A stretch of 64,000 bases of DNA from an uncultured Ruminococcus sp. (GTDB taxonomy: Bacteria; Bacillota; Clostridia; Oscillospirales; Acutalibacteraceae): the NCBI GenBank assembly GCA_900543095.1, contig UQQD01000001.1:41836-105835 (forward strand), in the 5' to 3' direction. Of this stretch, positions 37,164-47,643 are shown piece after piece (position 1 is the first letter of the stretch; every line of letters begins with the position of its first letter). Under the pieces are notes generated by a model, which did not search any database, had not been told where the DNA came from, and saw only the letters and a program-made list of their open reading frames with translations. The position numbers were made by a program, and so were the translations under genes.

Positions 37164-38111
37164 ATGGTATTCCGTAAGGTAAAGTTAAATGTAAAAAAGG
37201 TTTTGAGGAATATTTTAGTTATTGTTTTAGCCGTTTTAATGTGCAACCTTGTGCTTACCAAAATCGTATATGACTCCTGCTTCGGACGTCAGGACTCCGT
37301 AAAAGCGGAGAGCATACCGAGTGAGCTTTCGCAGATGATTTCTTCACGCCGTCAGCTTGGATTTTTGTCGGGTAAAAATACCCTTTCCGCATATTACTAT
37401 CAGGGCAAAAACAACCGTGCGCTTGTTGTGCTTGCTCCGGGCTATACAGCCGGAGCGGATGATTACCTATGGCAGATAAACAGCCTTCTCAGCGACGGCT
37501 ACGGTGTGTTTGCCTTTGATTCTACGGGCAGCTTTAACAGCGGAGGAAGCTCGTCTGTGGGATTTTCGCAGGAGCTTTGCGACCTTGGTGCCGCCCTTGA
37601 ATATATTGAAGAAAACGCAAAATTCGGCTACAAAAGCCTTGTGCTTTTCGGTCACAGCAGAGGCGGTTATGCCGCCGCTTGCATAAGCAGGTTCGGTCAT
37701 AGTGCCGATGCGGTAATCAGCGTTTCGGGGGTCAACAGCGCAATGGAGGGAATTATGGATTCCTCCGTTCGCAGAATCGGCACAATCGCCTATGCAAATT
37801 ATCCTGCACTGTGGTTTTATCAGGCAACGATTTTCGGTATGGATATTATTAATGTCTGCGCCGACGAGGAAATCTCGTCAAACGATACGCCGACGCTTAT
37901 TATTCACGGAAAAAACGATACAAAGCTTCCGTATGATGAATTCTCTATTATTTCTCACCGTGAAGAGATAACAAACAAAAACGCCCGTTACCTGCTTTGG
38001 GACGGTGACGGAAACGACGGTCACACAAGCATTTTGTTTGACAAAAACGGTAAGGCTAACGCCGAACTTATGGAAGAAATAAATGATTTTATAAAACAGA
38101 GCATAACTTAA
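37164..38111 (+). CDS. Membrane-anchored alpha/beta hydrolase
   Basis: N-terminal TM segment and a GHSRGG nucleophile elbow. Confidence 0.6.
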   Translation: MVFRKVKLNVKKVLRNILVIVLAVLMCNLVLTKIVYDSCFGRQDSVKAESIPSELSQMISSRRQLGFLSGKNTLSAYYYQGKNNRALVVLAPGYTAGADDYLWQINSLLSDGYGVFAFDSTGSFNSGGSSSVGFSQELCDLGAALEYIEENAKFGYKSLVLFGHSRGGYAAACISRFGHSADAVISVSGVNSAMEGIMDSSVRRIGTIAYANYPALWFYQATIFGMDIINVCADEEISSNDTPTLIIHGKNDTKLPYDEFSIISHREEITNKNARYLLWDGDGNDGHTSILFDKNGKANAELMEEINDFIKQSIT

Positions 38112-38112
38112 A

Positions 38113-39165
38113 GTGGGGGAAAGTATGGAAGATGTGGTTGTAATACCTGCCTATCAGCCCGACGAGACTCTTGTCAGGCTTGTGGACGAGCTGTATGATA
38201 ACGGCTTTGGAATACTGATAGTTGACGACGGAAGCGGAAAAGGCTACAAAGAGATATTTAACCGAGTAAGCCAAAAGGCGACTGTTATTGCTCATAATGA
38301 AAATCTCGGAAAGGGCGCCGCGTTAAAAACAGGTTTCAAGGCTATAAAAAATATATTTCCCGATTGCAAATATGTGATAACCTCGGATGCGGACGGGCAG
38401 CACCGCATAGGCGATATTCTTCGTGTAAAGCAGGAGCTTCACAATCAATCAACCTTTGTTTTGACCGTGCGAAAACGAAAAAATAAAATTCCGTTTTTGT
38501 CAAGGTTTGGAAACGATTTGTCAAAGATAGTATATACCACGCTGACAAGCCATTATTTTTCCGATAACCAGTCGGGGCTTAGGGGCTTTTCGGCAAAGCA
38601 TCTTGACTGGATTTTGCTCCCAAAGGGAAACAAGTATGACTATGAAATGAATATGCTGTTTTATGCCGACAAGCAGGGTATACCTATAACCACTATTCCG
38701 ATAGAGGCAATTTACATAGACGACAATAAGTCGTCGCATTTTAATCCGCTCAAAGACACCTTCAGGATATACAAATTGCTTTTTTCAAGTGCATGGGCGT
38801 CGTTTGCGGTGGTTGTTCTGTGCGAGATACTTATCGGGCTGATAAGTATATTTTTCGGCGGCAAGTTTATTTACATCACCGTTACGTCGGCAGGAATACT
38901 GTCCGCATTTGTCGGAATAATGCTTAACCGTCTTGTAGTTTTCCGCAAGGTGCACTACGGTGACGGAACACGCACTATTATATATACAATATTGAGATTT
39001 GCAATATATACCGCAGGCTGTATGCTTATGAATATGTATTTTCCAAACATTCCGCTGTTTTTCAGCTTCAACATAGTCGCCGTGCTTTTTGTTCCGCTGA
39101 AATATTATGTAAATAAGGGTATTCATTTTACCGAATACCACGACATAAACAAAGAAAAAGAATAG
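38113..39165 (+). CDS. GT2 glycosyltransferase (DPM1/polyprenyl-phosphate glycosyltransferase-like) with C-terminal GtrA-like TM domain
   Basis: VIPAYQPDE...ILIVDDGSG and a DADGQH motif, with 4 C-terminal TM helices. Confidence 0.75.
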   Translation: MGESMEDVVVIPAYQPDETLVRLVDELYDNGFGILIVDDGSGKGYKEIFNRVSQKATVIAHNENLGKGAALKTGFKAIKNIFPDCKYVITSDADGQHRIGDILRVKQELHNQSTFVLTVRKRKNKIPFLSRFGNDLSKIVYTTLTSHYFSDNQSGLRGFSAKHLDWILLPKGNKYDYEMNMLFYADKQGIPITTIPIEAIYIDDNKSSHFNPLKDTFRIYKLLFSSAWASFAVVVLCEILIGLISIFFGGKFIYITVTSAGILSAFVGIMLNRLVVFRKVHYGDGTRTIIYTILRFAIYTAGCMLMNMYFPNIPLFFSFNIVAVLFVPLKYYVNKGIHFTEYHDINKEKE

Positions 39166-39332
39166 CCTACATCTATATAGCATATCCGTTAATTTGTATG
39201 GACAGCCCTTGCGGCTGTCTGACTGATTTAAATTATCCACATCAATTATAGTATAATAATAAGCTTTTGTCTATCAAAAATTAATCGGTCAGGCTGAAAT
39301 CAGTCTGACCGTTATTTTATGCGGTGTTAAAA

Positions 39333-40304
39333 TTACTTGTTTTTGTCTGAGGCACGCTCAACCCTGATAAGCTGGTCTATACACGCCTTTACGGTTTCTT
39401 CTGTAGAACAGCCGTGCATTTTGATTATAGGCTTTACCGTACCGAGAAACGTTGCTCCGCCGCGCATATTGAGGTCGAACTTCATAGAAAGCGCATTTTG
39501 TATTCTGTCGAAGATCGGGTTGTTTTCTTCGCCGAGTTCGCTCCTGAGGTCGGATACTATCTGCATTGCCGCTTTGCCCGTGGCTTCAACATTTTTAAGA
39601 AGCAGATTGCCCGAAAATCCGTCTGCCACAACAACGTCAACATAATCGGTAAGCAGATCATATCCCTCAATGTTTCCCGCAAAGTTAAGGTCGGATTTTG
39701 CAAGCAGGTCATATGCTTCTTTTGTAAGGTCGTTGCCCTTTTCTTTTTCTCTGCCGACCGACAAAAGCCCGATGCGTGGGGTTTTTACTCCAAACGCAAG
39801 GCGTGCAAATTCAGAGCCGAGTTCGCCGAATTTTACAAAATCAAGTGCTTTGCACGACATTCTTGCTCCGCAGTCAAGCAGGCACACCCAGCCGCCAGAC
39901 GGGGTTGGAAGCGCAGATGAAAGCACGGGAGATTTAAGCCCGTCAACCATTCCGAGTCTGCATATACTGCCGACAAACAGCGCCCCCGTGTTTCCGGGAG
40001 AAAGGCAGGCAAAGCAGTCGTCGTCTTTTTTGAGCCGATCAAGCGAAAGAGCCATTGAAGAATTGTTGCGGTCGTTAAAAATGCAAATCGGCGGATCGTT
40101 GTTTTTGATAGCGTCGTCGGTTTCCATAAGTTCAACCCTGCTATGCTCAATACCGCTTTCGGCAAGACATTTTTCAAATATCCTGCGGTTGCCTGCAATA
40201 ACCGCACCGAATTCATCATAAGATTTAAGAGCTTCAAACGCACCTCTTACGATTATTTCATCGCCCTTGTCGGCACCGTAGGAATCTATTACAATTTTTC
40301 GCAT
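39333..40304 (-). CDS. plsX: Phosphate acyltransferase PlsX
   Basis: MRKIVIDSYGADKG N-terminus and a GNTGALF motif. Confidence 0.8.
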   Translation of the reverse strand: MRKIVIDSYGADKGDEIIVRGAFEALKSYDEFGAVIAGNRRIFEKCLAESGIEHSRVELMETDDAIKNNDPPICIFNDRNNSSMALSLDRLKKDDDCFACLSPGNTGALFVGSICRLGMVDGLKSPVLSSALPTPSGGWVCLLDCGARMSCKALDFVKFGELGSEFARLAFGVKTPRIGLLSVGREKEKGNDLTKEAYDLLAKSDLNFAGNIEGYDLLTDYVDVVVADGFSGNLLLKNVEATGKAAMQIVSDLRSELGEENNPIFDRIQNALSMKFDLNMRGGATFLGTVKPIIKMHGCSTEETVKACIDQLIRVERASDKNK

Positions 40305-40322
40305 ATACCCTCCGATGTTACT

Positions 40323-41963
40323 TTATTCTATTGCAAAAATATAGTCGTAGACCGGCTGTCCGCCATCTAAAAATCCACATTCAAGGAGCGGAAATTCAGC
40401 TTCTATGCGGCTTTTGAGATTTTCCGCCTCATCTATAGTAACGTTTTTACCGAAAAATGCCGTCAAAACTTCCTTTTCATCAATATTCGGAAGATTCTTT
40501 AAAAATTCTGTTACAGCGTCGTTTTTGTTATCGCACGATGAAAGTACCGTATTGCGGTCAAGCCCGATATAACTTCCCTTTTTAATGCTTATACCGTTGA
40601 TTTTAGCGTCACGGGTCGATGTTGTAATAAATCCCGATGTTACATAAGGAAGCCCAAACGACATTCCGTCAATCAGTTCTTCAACCGTTTCTGCGGAGTT
40701 ATTCATCATTGACAGCGCAGAGTAACCCTCGGCTATCGACTTTGTGGCAATAACCCGAACATCGCACTTGCTGTACATTTCTGCGGCCTGTTTAGCCGCC
40801 ATAATTATGTTTGAGTTATTCGGCAAAACGATTATGTGGTCTGCGTCAACGGCGTCAAAAGCCTTTATAAAGTCCTCGGTTGAGGGGTTGTCGGTCTGTC
40901 CGCCGTTTATTATTATATCTGCGCCAATGCCCGAAAAATATGATGAGATACCGCTGCCTGAAGCAACTGCCGCTATGACATACTTTTTATGTTTAGGTTT
41001 TTCGGCTTTCCTGTGAACGGTTTCATTGTGTTGGAGAGCCATATTCTCAATTTTCAGCGTTAAAAACTCGCCGAACCGATGGGCATAAGCAAGCACCTGT
41101 TCGGGGTTAAACGAATGAACGTGAACCTTAACTATGTTTTCGTCCTTGATCGCAACAATAGAATTCCCCAGAGTTTCAAGCTTTTTTATCATAGCGTCAA
41201 GGTCAAAATCGTCTGCACGACCGTCAGAAAACATAAGCTGTAAAATAAACTCCGTACAGTAACCGTATTCAAAGCTGCCGTCATCGGCTAATGCCATTGA
41301 ATTTTGAGTGCTTGCAAAGCCGTTGTGCGGCGTTTCAAAGCCTTTTTCCAATTTTTTGCCTTTAAGGGCAAGCTCCATACCCTCAAAAACAGCAAGAATA
41401 CCGGCTCCGCCGCTGTCAACCACGCCTGCCTCCGCAAGAACGGGCAAAAGCGACGGTGTGGAATCAAGCGATTTTTTCATAACAGGTATAAGAGCGTCAA
41501 AGCACGACTCAAAGCTGTCAAATGTGTTATAATTCTTTAAAAGAAATTCTGCTGCTTCACGAATAACCGTAAGCATAGTTCCCTCAACAGGGTGAGCAAC
41601 CGAGTCGTATGCCTGCTCAACACCGCTCTGCATTGCATTTGCAAAGTCACAAAGCGACATTTCGCAAAGCTCTTTTGCGCCGTTTGAAAATCCTCTTACA
41701 AACTGCGAAAAGATAACGCCCGAATTTCCTCTTGCGGAAAACAACATTCCGCGGGCAAACGTAGTAAGCAATACTCCGACTTTGGGCGATGAAGTATGAT
41801 TTGTAATTCCGCCGTTCATAGTCATTGCCATATTAAGCCCTGTATCGCCGTCGGGAACAGGGAAAACATTCAGCTCATCAACTGCCTGTCGGTTTGCGTG
41901 CAGATAACAGTAACCGTTGTTGAGCATTAATTCAAGAAAATTTCCGTCAATTTTTGTGTGCAT
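40323..41963 (-). CDS. DAK2 domain protein (FakA-like fatty acid kinase subunit), paralog of 21606-23288
   Basis: VFPVPDGDTGLNM motif. Encoded adjacent to two DegV genes and plsX. Confidence 0.8.
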   Translation of the reverse strand: MHTKIDGNFLELMLNNGYCYLHANRQAVDELNVFPVPDGDTGLNMAMTMNGGITNHTSSPKVGVLLTTFARGMLFSARGNSGVIFSQFVRGFSNGAKELCEMSLCDFANAMQSGVEQAYDSVAHPVEGTMLTVIREAAEFLLKNYNTFDSFESCFDALIPVMKKSLDSTPSLLPVLAEAGVVDSGGAGILAVFEGMELALKGKKLEKGFETPHNGFASTQNSMALADDGSFEYGYCTEFILQLMFSDGRADDFDLDAMIKKLETLGNSIVAIKDENIVKVHVHSFNPEQVLAYAHRFGEFLTLKIENMALQHNETVHRKAEKPKHKKYVIAAVASGSGISSYFSGIGADIIINGGQTDNPSTEDFIKAFDAVDADHIIVLPNNSNIIMAAKQAAEMYSKCDVRVIATKSIAEGYSALSMMNNSAETVEELIDGMSFGLPYVTSGFITTSTRDAKINGISIKKGSYIGLDRNTVLSSCDNKNDAVTEFLKNLPNIDEKEVLTAFFGKNVTIDEAENLKSRIEAEFPLLECGFLDGGQPVYDYIFAIE

Positions 41964-41966
41964 AGA

Positions 41967-42857
41967 TTATTCTCTTCCCTCTATTGTAACTTCTTTGCCT
42001 ACGCAAAACGCAATTACTGCGCCCGGACCCACAGATGCGCCCACGATAGTTGTTATGTAGTTCATATAACAGTCCTTAAATTTTGTGAGCTTTAGGATTT
42101 CATCGCGAAGCTGCTGTGCTTCTGTCAAAGAATCGGAATGTGAAATATACAGCGTCTGTTGTTCGGGGTCAACAACCGTTGCGGCAATCTCGGCGGCAAT
42201 TTCTCTTTTTGCGTTAAGCGAGCCCTTGACCTTTTTTGTGGCATAATTCTGACCGAGCTTGTCTGAAATGAGTATGGGCTTTACACCGAAAAGGTTTCCG
42301 AAAAAAGCACTTGACGCAGTAACTCTGCCAGCACGTTTCAGATACGACAGTGTACCTGCCGTGCCAAACTGATTTACCCTGAGTCGGTTATCTTCAATAT
42401 ATTTTGCAGCTTCGGCTGCTGATTTTCCTTCGCTTCTGAGTTGAGCGGCACGGATTGCAAGATAGCCTTGTCCGAGCGAGCTGATAAGCGAATCTACACA
42501 ATATATGTTTCTTTCGGGATATTGCTCTTTAAGCTCGGCGGCAACGACCTTTGCTATATTTATCGAACCCGAAAGTGCAGATGAGCATGATATATAGATA
42601 ATATCCTGTCCCTGTTCAAGTGACTTTGTAAATTCCGAGCGGAAGTTTTCGGCAGGTACCTGGGTTGTGCGGATACGCACACCGTTCCTCATCAAATCAT
42701 AAAAATCCTTTGGGGAATGGCTTTCCCAGTCAAGGGAAGCCACATATTCCGTTTCGTCAATGACATAATTCATTGCAACGTATTTTATTCCGTATTGTTC
42801 ACGGAGGTTTTTATCAAGATCGCAGGTGGAGTCTGCAAAAATTGCATAATTGTTCAT
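41967..42857 (-). CDS. DegV family fatty-acid-binding protein (FakB-like)
   Basis: MNNYAIFADSTCDL N-terminus, with the start taken at MNNY with RBS. Confidence 0.8.
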   Translation of the reverse strand: MNNYAIFADSTCDLDKNLREQYGIKYVAMNYVIDETEYVASLDWESHSPKDFYDLMRNGVRIRTTQVPAENFRSEFTKSLEQGQDIIYISCSSALSGSINIAKVVAAELKEQYPERNIYCVDSLISSLGQGYLAIRAAQLRSEGKSAAEAAKYIEDNRLRVNQFGTAGTLSYLKRAGRVTASSAFFGNLFGVKPILISDKLGQNYATKKVKGSLNAKREIAAEIAATVVDPEQQTLYISHSDSLTEAQQLRDEILKLTKFKDCYMNYITTIVGASVGPGAVIAFCVGKEVTIEGRE

Positions 42858-42873
42858 TTGTAATCCCTCGTTT

Positions 42874-43821
42874 TTATTTGCCTGACTTAACCGAGGCTTC
42901 AATTTCAGCCATAATTTTCTTTTCCTGTTCAAGGTTTTCACTTATCTTTGTGCCCTGATAGAATGCTGCACAAAGTCCGGGTCCTATGCTTGAGCCGCAC
43001 GCCATACCAACAGGATTGATTATGACCTCACGGGGTGAAAAGCGTTCTTTTATCATATTCGCAAGCATATTCGCAAATTCCTTGCGTTCGGAATGTGCAA
43101 CGAAAATAATTTGCTCCTCGGGATTGATAATGGTCTTTTCCATATATTTTATTGTCATATCAAAGGCGGTTTTCTTACCCTTTGCTTTTACAATAACCTC
43201 CGAAAGTCCTTTGTCGTTAAAATCCGCCATCGGATTAACGCCGACGAGTGTTCCGAAAAGCGCTTTAAAATTTGATATTCTTCCTGTTTTTACCAAAAAG
43301 AACAAATCGTCCATTGCGCCCATCTGATGTACGGTATGTTTTGTGTTTTCTATATATTCAAAGGTTTCTTCTATTGTTGCTCCCTCGCTGCGCTTTTCGC
43401 ACGCCATTACAACCAACAATGCAAGCGCTGTGGAATAACGCAGAGAATCAATGCAAAATATTTTGCGTTCGGGATATTTTTTTTGCAGTTCTTTTGCAAC
43501 CATAACGCTTTCGTTATATGTTGCTGAAAGTCCCGATGAAATGGATATGCTGAGTACATCTTTGCCTGCGGCAAGGTTTTTTTCAAATATTTCCGTCATT
43601 TGTCCTACGGGAACGCTTGCTGTTTTGTACAGCATTTTACGTCCTTTCATTGACGAATAGTATTCATCGGGCGTCATCTTGCTCCAGTCAAGATCAATGT
43701 CCTCGCAATGTCCGTCCGGGAAATAGATGATTCCTTTCAGATAGTCGTCAATCCCAAAACGTTTTCTGAGCTCCGCCGAAAGATCGCATGAGGAATCGGG
43801 TATGATTGCAAAATTGTTCAT
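42874..43821 (-). CDS. DegV family fatty-acid-binding protein (FakB-like)
   Basis: MNNFAIIPDSSCDL N-terminus. Confidence 0.8.
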   Translation of the reverse strand: MNNFAIIPDSSCDLSAELRKRFGIDDYLKGIIYFPDGHCEDIDLDWSKMTPDEYYSSMKGRKMLYKTASVPVGQMTEIFEKNLAAGKDVLSISISSGLSATYNESVMVAKELQKKYPERKIFCIDSLRYSTALALLVVMACEKRSEGATIEETFEYIENTKHTVHQMGAMDDLFFLVKTGRISNFKALFGTLVGVNPMADFNDKGLSEVIVKAKGKKTAFDMTIKYMEKTIINPEEQIIFVAHSERKEFANMLANMIKERFSPREVIINPVGMACGSSIGPGLCAAFYQGTKISENLEQEKKIMAEIEASVKSGK

Positions 43822-44069
43822 ATTATGGTACTCCTTTTAAAAAAATAAAAAAACACTGCCAAAAATTAATGCACTATAACTCTAATTGCAGCATTTGTAT
43901 TATATCATAATAGATAAACTATTTCAACATATTTTGACTATATATGGCTTGAAAAAGGCAGTTATCCGACAAAATACCGCCTTCGGATAATTTTTATTTT
44001 TTATTTGTTGAAATAGTTTGAATGTTCTGCTAAAATAAATTTATATACGCCTTATTCGGAGGATTTAAG

Positions 44070-45023
44070 ATGTGGTGGATAATACTGATAATTATATTAG
44101 CCGTTTTATTAATAGGGGGCTTTGCGGCTATGCTGTTTGTAACCGTTCCGATTGCAAAACGCGTGTATTTTGACACGCTTGTAAGGGACAAGCCCGACAA
44201 ATGGGGGCGTGTTTGTTCGGATACCACAAACGAAGAACAGGTTGCTATGTGGAACGACGGCTGCAAATGGGCTGAACAAAACAAAAGCTGTATGCAGGAG
44301 GTCAGAATTGAAAACGACGGATTAAAGCTGTACGGAGAATATTACGACTTTGGCGGCGAAGGCTGCGTTATAATTTTGCCCGGCAGGTGCGAAAGCCTGA
44401 AATACTCTTATTATTTTGCGCCGCCGTATCAAAAAAGCGGCTGTAATGTGCTTGTAATTGATACCCGTGCTCACGGAAAAAGCGAGGGTATGTATAATAC
44501 AATAGGCACAAAGGAGAGCGGAGACCTTATCAAATGGGTTAATTTTCTTGAAGAGAATTATAAAATACGCAAAGTTTATTTTCATTCAATCTGCGTGGGA
44601 ACATCAACCGCAATGATTGTTATGACGTCGGAAAACTGTCCGAAATCGGTAAAAGGTCTTGTGACCGAGGGTTGTTTTGTTTCGTTTCGTGAGTGTTACA
44701 GAACGCATATGATATATGAAAACCGTCCTTTGTTTCCTGTTCTTGACCTTGTAATGCTATATATTCGCAGGTACGCCCACTCAAAGCTGACGCGTCAGGC
44801 GCCGATAAGGCTTGTCAAAAATATCGACCTGCCGATTTTGTTTTTATTCGGCAGGCAAGACGTGTTCTCACTGCCCGAAAAAAGCAAAAGGATTTTTGCC
44901 GCCTGCAAATCCGAGAATAAAAAAATTGTATGGTTCGACAAGGGTTCACATTCGCACCTGAGAATAAATAATATTGAAAAATATGATGATTCAGTCTGCG
45001 ATTTTATCGGCAGTATAAAATAA
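44070..45023 (+). CDS. Membrane-anchored alpha/beta hydrolase
   Basis: N-terminal TM segment and a HSICVGTS nucleophile elbow. Confidence 0.6.
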   Translation: MWWIILIIILAVLLIGGFAAMLFVTVPIAKRVYFDTLVRDKPDKWGRVCSDTTNEEQVAMWNDGCKWAEQNKSCMQEVRIENDGLKLYGEYYDFGGEGCVIILPGRCESLKYSYYFAPPYQKSGCNVLVIDTRAHGKSEGMYNTIGTKESGDLIKWVNFLEENYKIRKVYFHSICVGTSTAMIVMTSENCPKSVKGLVTEGCFVSFRECYRTHMIYENRPLFPVLDLVMLYIRRYAHSKLTRQAPIRLVKNIDLPILFLFGRQDVFSLPEKSKRIFAACKSENKKIVWFDKGSHSHLRINNIEKYDDSVCDFIGSIK

Positions 45024-45041
45024 CAGGAGCAGTATAATAAA

Positions 45042-46997
45042 ATGAAAAAATATTTGAGAGATTATCTAGATTATAACGACAGTCATCTTGCAAACTCGTC
45101 AAAAGACCTTAAAACCGTTTTTGAGATAATGTTTCGATGCAAGGACAGCATAATTGCGGAGGCAACCGAAAACTACCGCATACGCCGTTATACATACGGT
45201 GAAACAGAAGCGAGGATTAACCGTTCTGCATATGCGCTTTACCAAAAAATCGGTGCAACGCACAAATACGTCGGTCTTGAGATGGAAAACAAAATCGAAT
45301 GGATAATTGCGTTTTGGGCGATACTCAAAAGCGGCAACAAGCCGTATCTCATAAATTGTCGGCATCCGCTTGCGCTTTCGTCGCAGATAATATCCTCGCT
45401 GAATATAAAATATGTTATCGGTACTTCTCCGACAAAGCTAAAGGCAGAATATATCGACTTTTCAGAGATTAGCGGCGAAGACGTTGAGATACCGAGTGAC
45501 TTTGACCTTGAAAAACTGTTTGAGAACGAAATCGCAATTTCAACGTCTGCAACCTCTCTGCACGGCGTGGTGTGCTTTTATACAGGCAGAGAGATTTCCG
45601 ACCAGATACTTAACGCAAAGGATATTCTTAAAAATTCAAAGCGAATGGCTTATCATTACAAGGGCAGTTTAAAGCAACTTGCATTTTTGCCGTTTTATCA
45701 TGTGTTTGGCTTGTTTGCGGTTTATTTTTGGTTTATTTTCTTTGGCAGAACGCTTGTGTTTTTGCCCGATTACTCGCCGAAATCAATTTTACAGACGTGT
45801 CAAAAGCATGAGGTAACTCATATATTTGCCGTGCCGATGCTTTGGCATACTATTGAAAAGGAGCTTACCGAAGAAATTAAAAAGCGCGGTGAAAAGCAGG
45901 AAAAGAAGTTTTATAAGGGTATAAAAATATGTACAAAAATTCAGGACATTGCCCCGTTTTTGGGAGTTAAGCTTTCTCAGCGCATAATGAGCCAAGTCAC
46001 CGACGAGCTTTTCGGAAAATCGGTCAGGTTTTGTATAAGCGGCGGAAGCTACCTAAAGGATTCGACTATGAAGCTGTTTAACGGAATAGGCTATCCCCTG
46101 CACAACGGCTACGGTATGAGCGAAATAGGCATAACCTCAGTTGAACTCAGGCACAAGGCGAGCGAACGCAACGAAAACTCAATCGGACACCCGTTTTCAT
46201 CGGTTGAGTACAAAATCTCAGACAAGGGAACCTTGCTTGTAAGAGGTAAGTCTATCTGTAAGCGTATGTTGATTGACGGCAAAGAGATCACCACGGGCGA
46301 ATGGTTTGATACGGGCGATATTATGGAGTGCCGCAACGGCAATTATTATATCAAAGGGCGTATGAGCGATGTCATAATCGGCTCAAACGGCGAAAATATA
46401 AATCCCGATATTTTGGAGCAGATGTTTGACCTGCGGTATGTCAGCAGATTTTCTGTTCTCGGGTTTGATGATAACGGCGAAGAGGAATTGACCATAGTGG
46501 TTGAGATAAGTCCGAATATCAACAAAGAACAGCTTGACTCTGTTATAAATCATATTAACAAAATAAACAATTCATTACCGCTTGCTTCACAAATAACAAG
46601 GTTTTATTTTACATATGACCCCATTGCCGCAAACGGTGCAATAAAAGTAGGACGCCAATACGTTTCCCGTGCGGTAAAGTCGGGCAAGGTCAGGCTGATA
46701 CCGTTTTCAGAAATTTACAGCGAAGCCTCAGCACACAAGGAGCTTAGCTCGCAGTATGCTGAAAGAGTCAGAAAAATCGTTGCAAAAACCATGTCGATCG
46801 ACGAAAGCGAGGTTGGCGATGATATGCACGTCATTCACGACCTCGGAGCGACAAGCCTGCAGTATTTTGCAATCTTGCTTGCCGTTGCAGATGATTTCGG
46901 CATTGAAAACTGGTCTGAAAAAGACCCGTATTGCTACACAATAAGAGAATTTTGCAGTTATTTGGAAGGTCATTTAAAAAATGAAACAAAAGGTTAA
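45042..46997 (+). CDS. AMP-dependent synthetase (acyl-ACP synthetase/FAAL-like) fused to C-terminal carrier-protein domain
   Basis: YGMSEIG and other adenylation core motifs, plus a C-terminal DLGATSLQY phosphopantetheine-site-like motif. Confidence 0.7.
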   Translation: MKKYLRDYLDYNDSHLANSSKDLKTVFEIMFRCKDSIIAEATENYRIRRYTYGETEARINRSAYALYQKIGATHKYVGLEMENKIEWIIAFWAILKSGNKPYLINCRHPLALSSQIISSLNIKYVIGTSPTKLKAEYIDFSEISGEDVEIPSDFDLEKLFENEIAISTSATSLHGVVCFYTGREISDQILNAKDILKNSKRMAYHYKGSLKQLAFLPFYHVFGLFAVYFWFIFFGRTLVFLPDYSPKSILQTCQKHEVTHIFAVPMLWHTIEKELTEEIKKRGEKQEKKFYKGIKICTKIQDIAPFLGVKLSQRIMSQVTDELFGKSVRFCISGGSYLKDSTMKLFNGIGYPLHNGYGMSEIGITSVELRHKASERNENSIGHPFSSVEYKISDKGTLLVRGKSICKRMLIDGKEITTGEWFDTGDIMECRNGNYYIKGRMSDVIIGSNGENINPDILEQMFDLRYVSRFSVLGFDDNGEEELTIVVEISPNINKEQLDSVINHINKINNSLPLASQITRFYFTYDPIAANGAIKVGRQYVSRAVKSGKVRLIPFSEIYSEASAHKELSSQYAERVRKIVAKTMSIDESEVGDDMHVIHDLGATSLQYFAILLAVADDFGIENWSEKDPYCYTIREFCSYLEGHLKNETKG

Positions 46998-47643
46998 ACA
47001 AAGCGATATTATTACGGCTTTTGTAAAGGTCACGGGGTTTCCTGCGGCGCTTCTGTTTTATAAGCCCAAGGTGGTTTATCAGGATGAAAATATGAAGAAA
47101 AGTAAGCTGCCGAAGCCGTTTATACTTGTGTCAAATCATACATCTCTGCTTGATTTCCCTCTTTATTTGTTTGTATTCTTTAAAAGGAACATCAGATTTC
47201 TGATGGCGGAGGTGCTGTTTACAAAAAATCCTTTTCTCTCAAGACTTTTATATAGGTTGGGCGGAATTTTTGTTGACAGGGACGCATTTAAATTCGGCTT
47301 TATGGGGGAGGCCCTTGAAGCGCTTGACAGCGGCAAAAGCGTGGGAGTGTTTCCACAGGGACGTCTGCCGATAAACGGCAAGCCGTTTCCGTTCAAGCCG
47401 AGTGCGGCGTTTATTGCAATGCATACCGATGCGCTCATAGTGCCTGTTTATACCGACGGTAACTACGGAATTTTTAAACGCACTCACGTTATGATAGGCA
47501 GAGAAATAAATATAAACGAGCTTTGCCCAAAGAATCTCGGCGACGCCGAAAAAATTGAGATTATGACAAAAAAGCTTGAGGAGCTTGTGTTCAGCCTCGG
47601 CGATGAATTAAAGGACAGATTGGATAAGAAAAATGCAGAATAA
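46981..47643 (+). CDS. PlsC-family lysophospholipid acyltransferase
   Basis: NHTSLLD H(x)4D motif and a FPQGR motif. Confidence 0.75.
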   Translation: MKQKVKQSDIITAFVKVTGFPAALLFYKPKVVYQDENMKKSKLPKPFILVSNHTSLLDFPLYLFVFFKRNIRFLMAEVLFTKNPFLSRLLYRLGGIFVDRDAFKFGFMGEALEALDSGKSVGVFPQGRLPINGKPFPFKPSAAFIAMHTDALIVPVYTDGNYGIFKRTHVMIGREININELCPKNLGDAEKIEIMTKKLEELVFSLGDELKDRLDKKNAE

